A stretch of DNA of 63,346 nucleotides, filler included, from Folioceros fuciformis (GCA_049999805.1; 7 parts of 7 records of this genome joined end to end with filler, not necessarily neighbours in it); one strand, 5' to 3'; positions 25,746-38,199 are shown, numbered from the whole stretch's first letter. The notes: generated by a model from the letters alone, not told the origin. Made by a program: numbers and translations.

Positions 25746-25845
25746 NNNNNNNNNNNNNNNNNNNNNNNNNNNNNNNNNNNNNNNNNNNNTTAATTAATTA
25801 ANNNNNNNNNNNNNNNNNNNNNNNNNNNNNNNNNNNNNNNNNNNN
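25746..25845. other. Artificial contig linker N-TTAATTAATTAA-N (also 40021-40140, 43400-43499, 53711-53810, 59098-59197, 61723-61822)
   Basis: Identical six-frame-stop 12-mer centred in N runs, six times. Confidence 0.97.
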
Positions 25846-28127
25846 GCTGAGGCAGTAGTTGCAGCTACCTATATTCTGAATAGGATTGTCACTTCTGCCC
25901 TCCTTGGGCGTACCCCATATGAAGCTTTTTGGGGTCGCAAGCCCAGTCTTCTTCATCTCCGGGTCTTTGGGTCACCTGTGTTTGCATTCATCCCTGAAGC
26001 CAAGAGGGGGAAATTAGATGCAAGGTCAAAGCCTCTCATTTTTCTTGGCTATTCAAAAGAATCCAAAGCTTATAAATTGTTTGACCCCCAGACTCACAAG
26101 GTGACCTTGGCTAGAAGTGTTACCTTTAAGGAGATTACTTCTCCGCAGCCTCCGTCTTCCACCATTCCTTTGGGTCTTGTAGACTCGTTAGAAGATGAAT
26201 TTGAGGATGTGAGTGCTCCTATTCAGGCGGTGTTTCCACAGACAAATGGAGCCTTGGATGGTGAGTAGTTACCTATATCTCTGCCTCCTGAACCAGTGGG
26301 AGATTGTGTTCCTGCCCCAGATGTTCAAGATGATGTTCAATTTACTTCTTCTCATGTGTCTTCGGATGAGGAGGTTGCTGGCAATGATGACCTTGTTGCA
26401 GATCCAGCTCCTAGATATTCCTTGAGGGAGCGTCGCCCAAGAGACCAATGGCTTGAGCAATCTTATCAATCTATTGACTTCAGGAAGCCTTCATCCGATG
26501 TGGCTGCTATTTCAATCCCTAAAGTCTGACCTGATCCTCAGTATTATCGTGAGGCTGTGGAGGGACTTGATGGAGAGCATTGGAAGAAGTCTATTGCCAA
26601 TGAATACAGTTCATTGATCAAGAACAACACTTGGGAGCTTGCTGTCTTACCACATGGAAGAAAGCCCATGACATGTAAGTGGGTATTTAAAACAAAACTT
26701 AAAGCAGATGGGACCATTGCAAGATATAAATCTCCGCTGGTTGCCCGTGGCTTTAGTCAAATTCCAGGTATAGATTATGGGGATACCTTCAACCCAGTTG
26801 TGAAGCCCCCTTCTATTTGAATGCTCTTGGCTATGGCAGCAGAGTTCGATTTGGAACTTCACCAGATGGACGTTTGTAATGCTTTTCTTCATGGAGAGTT
26901 GGAGGAAGTTCTCTACATGACACAACCAGAGGGTTTTGTAAATAAGCAGTATCCGAATAAAGTATGCAAGTTATTGAAGACAATTTATGGCTTGAAGCAA
27001 AGTCCACGTGCATGGTTCAAGCGCATAATGAAATTTCTCAAGCAATCTGGATTTTTTCAATCACCTGTGGACTCAAATGTTTTTTATTTATCCAAGGGTG
27101 CTTTGTTTGTGATCTTGGCTTTGTATGTTAACGACGCTATCTTGTTGAGTAATAGTCTTCAGCAGCTGGACAAGGTTAAGGATCTCCTGCGGTCAGAATT
27201 TGAGATGACTAATCAGGGCCCTCTCCTGTTTTGTTTGGGAGTTCAAATCTTAAGAGATAGGCAGCTTGGTACTATTGTGCTCCATCAAACTAAGTATTTG
27301 AAGGAGATACTAACCAAGTTTCATCTTGAAGCTGCTTGTTCTGCTGCCACCCCTTCTGCAGTGGGAGAAAAGTTGACCATGGAGCAGTCTCCTCAGGCTG
27401 CGACGGAGCAAGAGGATATGTCCTTGGTCCCTTATGCAGCAGCGGTTGGTTGTCTTATTTTTTGTGCTAATTGGACCAGACCTGATATTTGCTATGCTGT
27501 TAGTATGGTCTCGCAGTTTCTTAAGAATCCTGGTAGAACACATTGGCAAGCTGTGAAGAGAATCTATAGGTACCTTAAAGGTACCTTGTCTTACGGCCTG
27601 CAATATACTTCAAGTGGGAGGAAGCAGTTTTCTCTCACGTCCTTTGGGGATGCTGATTGGGCTTCCGATGCTAACTCCCGACGTAGCCTCTCTGCTTATG
27701 TGTGTATCCTAGCATATGGAGCCGTGAATTGGTCTTGTAAGAAATAGGCTTCACTTGCTCTATCCTCGACGGAAGCTGAGTATAAAGCTTTAACGGATGC
27801 ATGCAAAGAGATTGAGTGGGAGCGGCAATACCTTGATTCCATCAAGCTAACACAATCAGGTGCTACTCCTTTGTTTTGTGATAATATGTCTGCAATTGAG
27901 TTAGTGGCAAATCCAAGGTTTATGCACGGACTAAACATATTGAAATATATCATCATTATATACGCGATGTGGCGGAACATGGTTTAGCAAAAGTTCAATA
28001 TGTGAAAACTGAAGATAATTTAGCTGACCTTCTTACAAAAGGTCTTCCACAACCAAAACATTTTCAACATCTTGCTTCTTTGGGTCTTAGGGAGTTTGAG
28101 CTCCCTGTTCCTAATTCTAAACCCTGA
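25846..28127 (+). mobile_element. Ty1/copia pol (IN C-terminus, RT, RNase H), decayed
   Basis: HLRVFG, KLDARS, FLGYS, NNTWELA, CKWVFK, QMDVCNAFLHG, YGLKQSPRAW, LYVND (degenerate YVDD), DADWASD, SSTEAEY, LADLLTK; stop ~28127. Confidence 0.95.
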
Positions 28128-28506
28128 TCTATTACACAAAGGAGTGTGAAGCGGATCTGACCTAAGTGAGCAAAATTGATCTAAGCCTGCCTAGCTAGAT
28201 TACAACTTCACTCTCCTAAGTTCCTCTGGATCAAGGTGCCTGCAGGAGTGTTGGACACACACAGAAAACAAATGGGTGCTGTTAGTTCAGTGGATGAAGC
28301 TACATGGTTACAAATCCAATCGTGGACTTTGGCAGCAACAGAGTTAGGAGAGAAATTCATCACTTAGAATCACAGATCACACACAACAACAAACAAACAG
28401 GGCACAAGACAACGGGATAGCAACATATCTGCATTCAATGTTCACAGGTTTGAAGCAGCCATGCACCTATCTCAGGAGGTTATGCTCAACGCAGCCATCA
28501 TGCTAC

Positions 28507-29148
28507 TCAACTTCTGTGAAAGGACAGAGACGAACACAGAGCCAGAGACAGGAAATTGTCAGCGTACCCTGCTTCTTGCTCTTTCTCGTTGATGATGTCT
28601 CTAATTTCTTCACAGGTGAGCGGTCTGTGGGAAGCGCTGGTGTTTGGTGCTGAGATGCTTGTCAGAAGGCCAGCAAGCTCTTTTGCCACAGCTTGAGTTC
28701 GGAGCAGCAAGTGTGAGAGCTCTCTGCAACTTCTCAGAGGTGTCCTACAGATGCAACAGATGCCAAGAATCAGCGGTCGTGGGCCAACCGGCTGTGGTGC
28801 CTTCTTCTCTTGTTGGCGCTGCTGATTGCTGCTTCCCCCCCCCCCCTTTTCTGGCAGTGATGTTGGCGGGCGTCCGAGGCTGGTTGGCTTTGGCGTTCAA
28901 GGCTGCTGGGTACGCTGTCCACGATGCCAGAGGCCTTCATGCTTGCCTCCCGCCTGTCCTTTGCCCTCCGAGTGGAAATGGTACCAGGGATTGGTGTGCG
29001 GGCCATCCTCTTGCACGATGCTTGGAATTGGAGTCCGGTGTGTGGCGTGGGGGTGCCGAGGTCGATCGCGGTGGTGGTTGATGCATGTTCTACACCGTGG
29101 GCGCACCTTTGAACTGTGGAGAGTGCACGTTGGTACCCGTCTTGCCAT
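28507..29148 (-). pseudogene. Antisense accessory ORF in the region before a copia-type PPT (213 codons, one internal TGA)
   Basis: Track ORFs 28897..29148 and 28507..28710 are in the same frame (offset 438 nt). The only stop between them is TGA at 28897-28899. Confidence 0.5.
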
Positions 29149-29294
29149 CGCAAGGTTCTGGTGTGTCAGGCGTGTGCGTGCGAAAAGTTGTTGTGCCGCA
29201 TGTGGCCTTAATTGGTGGTTATCACGTGCATACGGGTGTATACGTAGTTATACGTGTATTTGTGGTTCCTATCCCTTTCTAACCTCGTTAGGTT

Positions 29295-29455
29295 AAGTGG
29301 GAGTGTTAAGGTGGAATAGTTTTCTTTTAACCTAACTCGGTGGGTTAGTCTAACTTAACTAGGGTTAGACCAGGCCAAGTATATAAACATACACACAAAT
29401 ACCTTTTTATTATTCAATATACAATTTTTGATATAAGCTTCCGCTTTTCCAAACA
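29295..29455 (+). mobile_element. Polypurine tract and short (~152 bp) 3' LTR
   Basis: AAGTGGGAG then TGTTAAG at 29304, TATATAAA at ~29380, end ...CCAAACA at 29455; another copia pol resumes afterwards. Confidence 0.75.
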
Positions 29456-30320
29456 ATTCAAAAAGTCGCTGATTCTAATTTTGCTTCAGTCTTTCCAGAT
29501 GAAGTCAGTTTTTATGATGATGGAGGAACTTCTTCGGATTGCGAGGGGGACAACACCAATGTACATGCTACTTCAGCTTCTCCCAGCAATACTGATGACT
29601 TAGTTGATAGCCCAAGTACCCAAGATGAGGTTGATGAACCTTCACCAATTGCTGAGACACTTGATGCACAAGTTGCTGAACTTGAACAGAACGCTGTTTT
29701 AGATTTTAATCCTGAAGAATTTTCTCTTAGACGGTCTGCTCGTCTTAGAAGACCAATGCATGAGTGGATAGAACCTCCCTTTCAAGGGGGTCTGGTTGTT
29801 TCAGATGCCAGTCTAGCCTCAGTGCTAAGTGTTTCATCTTCCTTAGGTGAGCCAGCCACATATACAGAAGCCATTGAAGGTCCAGAGTTTGTTTTTTGGA
29901 AAACTGCCATAGAATCTAAATATCAGTCATTGCTAAAAAATAACACTTGGAAATTAGTGGACCTTCCTAAGGGCAGAAAGCCTGTAGAATGCAAATGGGT
30001 CTTTAAGAAAAAACTCAATACTAATGGTACAGTAGGAAGGTACAAAGCACGTCCAGTTGCTAAGGGCTATAGCCAGATTCCTGGACTTGATTACAATGAA
30101 ACATTTGCACCTGTAGTTAAGTCTACCTCTGTACAAATTCTTCTAGCCATAACTGTCCATTACAACCTTCTTGTGCATCAACTAGATGTAAAAACAGCCT
30201 TTTTGAATGGTTTGCTTGAAGAGGACATATATATGTGTCAACCAGAAGGGTTCATGGTTCATAAGGATAAGGTCTGTAAGCTTTTGAAGACTTTACATGG
30301 CCTTAAACAAGCTTTGAGAG
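29456..30320 (+). mobile_element. Ty1/copia IN-RT linker and N-terminal RT fragment
   Basis: LRRSARLRRP, EPATYTEA, NNTWKLV, CKWVFK, QLDVKTAFLNG, HGLKQA, then abrupt loss of homology. Confidence 0.9.
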
Positions 30321-31599
30321 CATCAAGAGAATCACGAGGATCGCCCAGCAAGAAGCGGACCAAGATAGGAGAAGCATCTGCAGAGACGCGTCTTATGGCA
30401 CGGCCATCACCACCAGCCGACATGAAACAGGTCCTGCAAAGCTATAGGGTGAGATGGGCTGGTATTTCTGAGATTTCGTGGCACTTGTCTGTAGATGAAG
30501 GGGACTCCATGTCTTCTTATTGCACCGACCCTATCCCGAAAGATAACAACTTTGATCTGAGCAGGGGAGAAGAGGAGGAGGTGAGCAACTGGTCGTCACT
30601 CCAATAGCAGCACCAGTCTGTCGTCACCAATGGGGCTCCGGCCATAATCGTTCAGCAGCAAGTGATTTGATTGCTCGCTTACTCTTCATCCACCTATTGT
30701 TGAATAATCTATTGTCATTGTGACTCTAATATAGGCTACTAATAAAAAAAAATCTTGTGTCATAGGAAACTGGTCATACAAGGCCCTCTGTTGAAGCTCC
30801 TATGGCCAAGAAAATTGAAGAGGGGGAAATTTCATTAGGAATAAAGTGTCCTTCTTCATGGTCTTAGGTTGACGAACTGTAAAGGGATTATTGTGAATCA
30901 AGGACAGCTGCCAAGAATCAGGGAGGGGGACTACATATTTTGAGAATAATTGTAGAAGTTTGTTAGTCCTAAGCCCTCCATATGTTGATAGTGTTTAGTT
31001 TTGGTGGTAGGGTCAACAGGTGTAGGGTTGGCTCATTAATATTGACGGCAAGACATGTTGGGAAAGTCTAAACTAGTGGTTGGTAATAACTGGCTAGACT
31101 AGTTGACTTATTAAAAGAATAATTGTCCTGCAAGAGACAGGTAAGATAAGAGAGAGAGAGGCTTCTATATGATAGAGTGAGCCTGTAGGATTTAGATTGT
31201 CATGCTTACTCTTGTGGTCTATCCATGCTTAGTTCAAGACAAGCACCGTGTTGCCAGCTGTGTAGTCACGCAACATCTGGTAGGATCATGAGGTGCGATA
31301 GCCAAGGTTGAGGGGTTTGCCCTTATGTCAAACGTGAAATTTTGGGATATGGGATGGGCTCCTATCCTACTGTTTTGAGTGTTTTGCCCAAAGAGTGGTT
31401 TTGTTTGTTCCTTCTTTTCTCTTTTGTGTCAGTTTGAAACCTGTTTTGTGTTCCTTGGTCTTTGGTGGTCAATCTACTCATCAGTCATACCTATGCATGT
31501 CGTAGGTGTCAAAATGAAGTAATGCAATAAAATATTGATATATTGATTTGTGCATAAAGCATCTTACAATGTCATTCACATAAAGCTATATATATATAC

Positions 31600-32900
31600 A
31601 TCCCCTCTAAGATAGATAAAATACATACCTACTTACCAGTAGGTATTTCCTATAATTGAAAAAGAGATGGAAAGTCCCATCTACTCCAAAGATTGGAGGA
31701 ACAACTTGAATAGGACCAAAGGCAAAAAAGGGTACTAGCCCCATCAAATATCATTCTCAACAACTACCAAAATGATGTAGAATAACAAAAGGCCTACCTA
31801 CCACTGGTGCCAAAGAAGCCGCTTGACCTATGTTTGTTGTTGTTCTAAAAACCGCATTGGCCAATGCTTGTTGCAAAGCAATGGATACCCATTGTTGAAA
31901 GAAAGCCACCACAGAGGAAAGAGGGAGAACACCATTCTTATTGCTATCATAAACCTTGGCGCACTACTTGATAAACCTTGAAAAGTCCTTGCTCATAGCC
32001 CCATGAGTCTCAAGAGCAAGGGGGATGAAAGTATGCCCATCGTGCAAGGTAGAATACTTATGGACTTTAGCACTTGCAAAACCCTCTGCCGCCTAGACAG
32101 GGAGGTTGATGATGACGTCCTCACAAATCGAATCCCTAGTGGGATCAGTAACAATCACATTAGCAATACAAACCTGTTCCCCTTAGTGAAAAAAAGGTCG
32201 GCTCTAAGTAAAACCCTATTGCACAAAGTATATGGACGCTCCCTTTATGGAAGAAACCCACACTCCCTAGCCATTGAGAACATGACATCCCGAATTGCAT
32301 CATGAGTGGTAATGCGGTGCCCCCCAACGGGACAACATGACAAATGGGACCCTATATCGACAGTGGCAACCCCACAACTACATGTAGAGAGAGAAAAACC
32401 CAAGGGGTGGGCCAAACCTAAGTGAAATCTCATTGTTGTGGCAAAAGTTGCTAGTGTGATTCGAAACGCTTGGATGCAAGGTTGAGCCACAAGCCAAGAG
32501 CCCACTTCTTTACCTGAACAAGATCAAATACGAGCTTGAGAAGACCTAGGGATGCATGAGTTTGAAAGATGAGCTCTTAGTGCTTGGCCATTTTGCTTTT
32601 CTAGGAGGAAGGCTAGGAGACCCTTCAACCCTTCTCTAGAAAAGGAGGTGAAAGGAGATAGAGCCTCACGAGCCTCCAAAGGTAGATAATCCCTCGCTTG
32701 CTTGAGAGATACCTACAAAGCAAAAATGCCCTCATCAACACCTGAGATAAAACTTTCAAGAATAGGGGAATCTTGAAGCAAAAAACGAGAGACCAAAATT
32801 GGAGATGAGAGGGCTCAGCTACCGAGAAAGGCAGTTGGGGCAAAGGCCTCCATGGCCAAAAGAAAAACCCCTCCAAAGGCTATCGGCAAGGAAGCCTGCT
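31600..32900 (-). mobile_element. 3' remnant of a restriction-like-endonuclease non-LTR retrotransposon (CRE-like)
   Basis: GSWLVAQP...F...MRFHLG...CSCG...D..GSHLSCC..GG.RITTHDAIRD (CCHC finger plus RHD motif), then ...E......LRADL and terminal FFQQWVSIALQQALANAV, as in CRE-clade C-termini. Confidence 0.8.
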
Positions 32901-32917
32901 TCCGAGCCAAATCACTG

Positions 32918-33017
32918 GAGAGGAGAAAGAGAGGTCACACTCTCACACGAAGTCTTTCCTTGCAAGGGAGCTTAAGGGGGTATTTATACCCTCTAGAAGA
33001 GCTCCCAAGGAAGCTTC
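32918..33017 (-). mobile_element. LTR fragment of the same copia family as the LTR at 47168
   Basis: Reverse complement matches ~47296-47393 (AAGCTTCCT.GGGAGCTCTTCTAGAGGGTATAAATACCCCCTT.AGCTCCCTTGC...GTGAGAGTGTGACCTCTCTTTCT). Confidence 0.9.
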
Positions 33018-33489
33018 CTACAGTGCTGGATGCTCTTGCCACTGTTCTTAATCAGAATTGCTTGACGCCCCAAGTGAAATTTGCAGTGACCAGGGTGACC
33101 AATTAGCTGCAGGACTTGTGGCTTGCTGAGGTGTTGGAGGGTGAATGTTGTCCTCAACGTCCTTCTGCCACTACTGCTACCTCTTGGCTGCCCCCTTCTC
33201 CTTGCCTGCACTCGCTTAGGAGTAATCCTGCTGGGAATGTCCCCGGTTCGGAGTTCGTAGCGTGGACTGGTCTCACTCTTATCTGGGTGCATCACCCATG
33301 AAACGAAGGTGGTCAGCTCTTCGCACAAATCAGCAACACACGAGACAGTGATTCTAGTCAAATCCCTCCTTGAATTGATAACAAGGTGCACGAAAATCAG
33401 TGCCCTTTAACCTAAAATTGACACATCCATCGTGTGTATGCACATCTAGGTGGGGGTGCTTTGTCCAAGGATTTCACGGGATCTTAGTA

Positions 33490-33831
33490 TGTAACGAGGA
33501 CTAGTCTTATGCTCCTTAGGTTGCATTCCCACATGAACACGCACAACAAACAAAAAGTTGGCTAGCTAGGCTAGGTGAGGAAAAGAAGGAAAGCTAGCAC
33601 TGCAGTCAGGCTTGCAGGCTTGCTGCTAAAGCCAGAAAACTAGACAAGTCCAGAACTGTGAAAATGTCAAAGTCATAGCTGCAAAAAAGACCTTCAAGGA
33701 GCCATTCTAAAGCTAAGATAATAGCTAGGCTACATGTAATGAAAGACCTGAAGTGCCAGTGTCCATAAGAGCCCTGGCCCCTATGCTGCAACAAGAGAGG
33801 AGTTGGTAGCAAATAGCCAACATTCCCCACT
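33490..33831 (-). mobile_element. Putative PPT and 3' LTR of a minus-strand copia
   Basis: Minus strand AGTGGGGAA followed by TGTTGGC at 33822, the same style as the PPTs at 29295 and 39529. Distal boundary (33490) uncertain. Confidence 0.5.
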
Positions 33832-34794
33832 AAAACCCTAGATGACCAAATCCTCCAAGGCATTCAGTCCCTGGATTTCACTCAAAATTGAACAAAAATT
33901 ATACCAACAAATTTGTCTTAATGAGGCAAACAATCTGGTATGTGAATCAAAGGCAACCAACCTTTGTGGTGGATGCTATGAGCTTTGGAAGCCTGGGATA
34001 GCTTGTTGCACGTGGAATGTTGCTACTACTACTAGCACGATAGGGTGTGTTGGTGATGCCGCCTTGCTGTACTTACCTGGCCGCCTCCACCAATCTAAAT
34101 CGCCCCTAGCTTTTGCACGCCATGCTCCAGATTGACATTAGTTGTTGAAGTGAATAAGTGAACGGCATTGCTTGCAGCGCGCTGTCCAGCATTGAAGAGG
34201 ATCACGTAGTTTGCGTGATTACGAGTTGGAAAATCACACCAACACCTGCACACAGCATCTCGTTGCTCAAAAACACGCTTTGAATCTAAGCTTCCATTCA
34301 AGATTACATTCCATATTTTGTTTTCAGTAAGAAGGATCTTGGGATTGCTCCCCTATGTGTAGCACTCTTAGGCGCGACTTCAACAACTGCGTGTAATAGC
34401 CCTAATCCTCCACTTATCTTTGCTCCAGCGTGACGCCATCTTCACACGTGCCTTCCAACCACGTTTGTGCACCTCTTAGCCATGTTTGCGCCTAGCCATT
34501 TCCATCATTCTGCAGCGCATCTGCCCTTGGCGCCCTTCTCCCACATTTTTGCAGCTTGCCTAACTAGCCTACAGCGGGGTTTCATCAACCCGTTCTCTAT
34601 CTTAGGGTTTGCAACTAACATACTTATTTAGCATGTCTACTTGCTTGATAACAAACTAATCACTTATATCCTAAAAATAGGGAATTTCTATACTAACATA
34701 TTCTGCAAATACCCATACTAGAATATTGTGTCTATATGCTCCTTTGATTCAATAAACACTCTTCCTTACCTCGAGTCGTCCGCCACTCAATTGT

Positions 34795-34878
34795 AGGTGG
34801 GACAGTCCCGAGTATTGCGGGATTGGGGACTGTCCCAAGTATACTCGTTGCTGGGATTGTCCCGGGTATGTCCCACCT
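34795..34878. repeat. 84-bp unit with 10-bp terminal inverted repeats and three 27-bp-spaced palindromes
   Basis: AGGTGGGACA (34795) / TGTCCCACCT (34869); GGGAYWGTCCCRRGTAT at 34799, 34826 and 34853. Confidence 0.85.
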
Positions 34879-34889
34879 TATGCTACTTG

Positions 34890-37800
34890 TCTTTCATGAC
34901 AAACTTGGTTGCTAAAAAGCTGTTTACCTTCTAATAAACTCCAAACTGTTGCAAGATAATATCAGGTCGTCAACATACAAAGCTAGGTAGCAAATAATAG
35001 AATTTTTGATGAAAATATAAAAACTACTATTTGCATGACTCTTCACAAATCCTAAAGTAAGTAACTCTTCATCTAAAATTAATGTCCATTCTCTTGCTGG
35101 CTGCTTAAGTCCATAAATGGTTTTAATAAGTTTACAAAATAAATTCTCCTTCCCTTTCACTTCATATCCTAGAGGCTGCTGCATATATATTTCAGTATCA
35201 AGTTTGCCATATAAGAAAGTTGTTTTAACATCTAACATCTGCAGCTCATAATCCTTGCAAGTAGATATAGCACACAAAATTCAGAGTGTAGAAAGCTTGA
35301 CAACAGGAGCAAAAGTATCAAAATAATCCAAACCAAGTACTTGAATAAAACCTCTTGCGACAAGTCTTGCTTTGTATCTATCAAAAGTGTCATATGCTTT
35401 CATCTTAAATACCCATTTGCAAGACATTAGGTTTTTGTCAGGAGGTAATTCCACTAACTCCCAAGTGCCATTTTCAATCAAAGAGTTATATTATGATTTA
35501 ATGGCCGCCTTCAACTATTTACTATCAGGTATACTCAAGGCTTCTTCAAGAGATTGGGGTTCAAAAGAAAGAGAGGTGGCAGCCAGAATTTCTACATAAG
35601 ACACACCTGCTTTACCTACTCTACCAGCTTGGAAGTCTGGAGCTTGATAGTAATCAGGAGCACATCGCTCACAAATTGGGTAGCGGCAAGGTGGAGGTTC
35701 TGGCTCAGGTCCTCCTCTGCAAGATTTTCACCCTGAGTATCAACTACAAGAACAAGAGCTTCTGGAACTTGTTGTGGTGTAACAGGAGATTGGTTGAAGT
35801 GATAGTTCACGTTTGGGTTCAAGGCTGAAAATTGCTCAGGTTCTACGCTAGCTGATGGCAAAGTACCATGAGCTATTTGATCAAATTGAGAAATAGGAGA
35901 TAGAACAAAATCAATACTCTCCTCAACAGCAGAATCCTTATGATCAACTGCTCCCACTAGCCCAAAAGTACTCTCATCCAAAGTAACACTTCTAGCATAA
36001 GAAACTTTATTCTTAGCAATGTCATGTAACTTATAAGCCTTAATACCCTCTGTATAACCAAGCATGAGAAGCTTCCTTGATTTATCTGAAAATTTCTTGC
36101 GCTTTTCCTTAGGCACAAAGACATAAGCAACACAGCCAAAAATCTTGAGATGCTGAATATATGGCTTTCGACCTGTAAATGCTTCATAAGGCATCATATT
36201 CTCCACAGAAATGGTTAGCAACCTGTTTTTGAGGTAGGTGGCTATCATTAAAGCTTCTGCCCAATATGGTAAAAGAAGGTTAGCTTGATGAAGCAAACAT
36301 GCTGTCATTTCTTGCAGAGTTTAATTTAAACGCTCTGATATTCCATTTTGTTGAGGAGTATAAACAACCGTCAACTGTCTCCCAATGCCAACATCTGCAC
36401 AAAAATCCTTGAAAGCATTGGAGGTGAATTCTTCACCATTATCAGATCTCAAGGTCTTCAATTGCTTGCCAGTCCACCTTTCAAATTGTCTTATATAGTC
36501 CTTAAAATAGGAAAAGCATTCATTCTTATTCTTAAAATATATATGAAGTGACAAATCTAGTTTTGTCATCTGTGAATGTCAAGAAATATTTTCCACCACC
36601 TATAGACTCTTGAGAAAGAGGCCCACACAAGTCTGTATGCACAAGCTCCAAAGTGTCATGTGCCCTATGGGGAGTCCAAGTTTTGAAAGCAGCTTTATGT
36701 CTCTTAAACAAAACACAGAATTCACAAAGTGGCAAGTTGGGTAAAGGACCTATTCTCCCATCCTGATATAAATCACTAATGGCCAATTTTTGCAACTTAG
36801 TATTATGTGGGTGTCCCAATCTAGCATGCCATGACTTTGACTTTTCTATTTGTTGGTCTGATGCTAACAAGATATCTTGTGTTAAATTAGAAGCTGCTGG
36901 ATCCTGATTTGTATGAAGGAGAAACAAACAGTCTATAGATGACCCAAAAGCAAGTGCTTTCCCATGATTAAGTGCATCAACAAGTTGGCATTTCTGTTTG
37001 TGTAAACAAAACATGATGATTATTATATGCATACAACTTCCTAATAGATATCAAATTTCTTATCATGTTAGGCACATAATAAACTTCATTAAGAAGCAAA
37101 GTGACTGCAAAAGGTACTAACAATTTAATTATGCCTTTGCCACGTGTAACAAGAGACCTATCATCTCCAAGATAAACATACTCATCCTTGACTGACCAGT
37201 ATGTATTGAATGCACTTCTATCAAAACATATATATGCAGTAGCACCTGTATCTAAAAACCACTCACTTGAACGTTGGGTGAATGACTTTGTTGACACGCA
37301 AATGGGGTGGACTAGTGAGACAACAACATTCTTTCTAGTTAGAATTGTGAGGACAGAAGGAGTAGGTTGTTTATTCACCACCACTTGATTAGATCCACCA
37401 GTTGAAGGCTCCTTGCAATTCTCAACTGCTTGCTTCTTCCTACAATCACGTGCCCAATGACCAAGTATCCCATAATAGTTGCAATTACCCGATCTCTTAG
37501 CTTTTTGATTATTCTGGTTGCTTGACTTCTACTTCGAACTTCCAATCTTTGAAGCTCCTTTGTTTGTAGAATTTGAACCACAAAAGCTTGGCCTTGTGCT
37601 CTTTCTATTGTTGTTGGATGTGCACAGAGCTTGCTGCTTGCTTGCATGTTGATGTTGGCCACTACTTGCCTCCTCTTGCATTAGGACTCCCACTAGCTCT
37701 ACAAATGACATTGACAGTAAAGATACCCCCGCAAGTCTTGCTAGCCTAGCAGCTTGGGTTTGAGCAACTGTGTTTAATGTCACAAAATGTGACCATGATT

Positions 37801-38095
37801 CGGGTAGAGATAACATGAGAGCCATCCAAAGATCCTAATCATCCATGACCTCTCCAGAAGCACTTTCACACTTTGCGGCCAATGCTATAAACGCACCAAC
37901 ATTTTTCCCAATTGTATCTCCCTCCCTCATCTTGTAGTTTTGGAAATTGCGCATAGCTAACATAACACTCACCACATTTCTGGCTGAATACAGGTCCTCC
38001 AAATGAGTCCAAGTTTCTGCTGCTGACTTAGCCCCTCCATTCTACCGTAACATGTTTAATGTTAGGCCACTGCGAATAAGGTACATGGCCACATC
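34890..38095 (-). mobile_element. Decayed Ty1/copia gag-PR-IN-RT (both ends truncated)
   Basis: LMLSLPESWSHF, WFLDTGAT, WHARLGHP, ELVHTDLCGP, LRSDNGEEF, TPQQNGISER, CKWVFK, LYVDD. Confidence 0.95.
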
Positions 38096-38199
38096 ACGTA
38101 CCTTATTCAATGGGTGCACCTTTTCACACAGTACACCCTTGAATAATTAATAAATTATTTAATATGAAACATGCCCTAACCCTAGTTGATATTGGTGAC

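Noticed and set aside
25790-25801. Recurrent palindrome TTAATTAATTAA (six copies)
   Set aside because: Always centred in N runs: a synthetic six-frame-stop linker. Adjacency across linkers (e.g. copia next to rDNA, or 25200 continuing at 25846) is not biological evidence.
29756-30607. 283-aa ORF as a novel RT fusion protein
   Set aside because: RT stops before YVDD and simply reads into unrelated sequence at ~30320; a chance in-frame junction.
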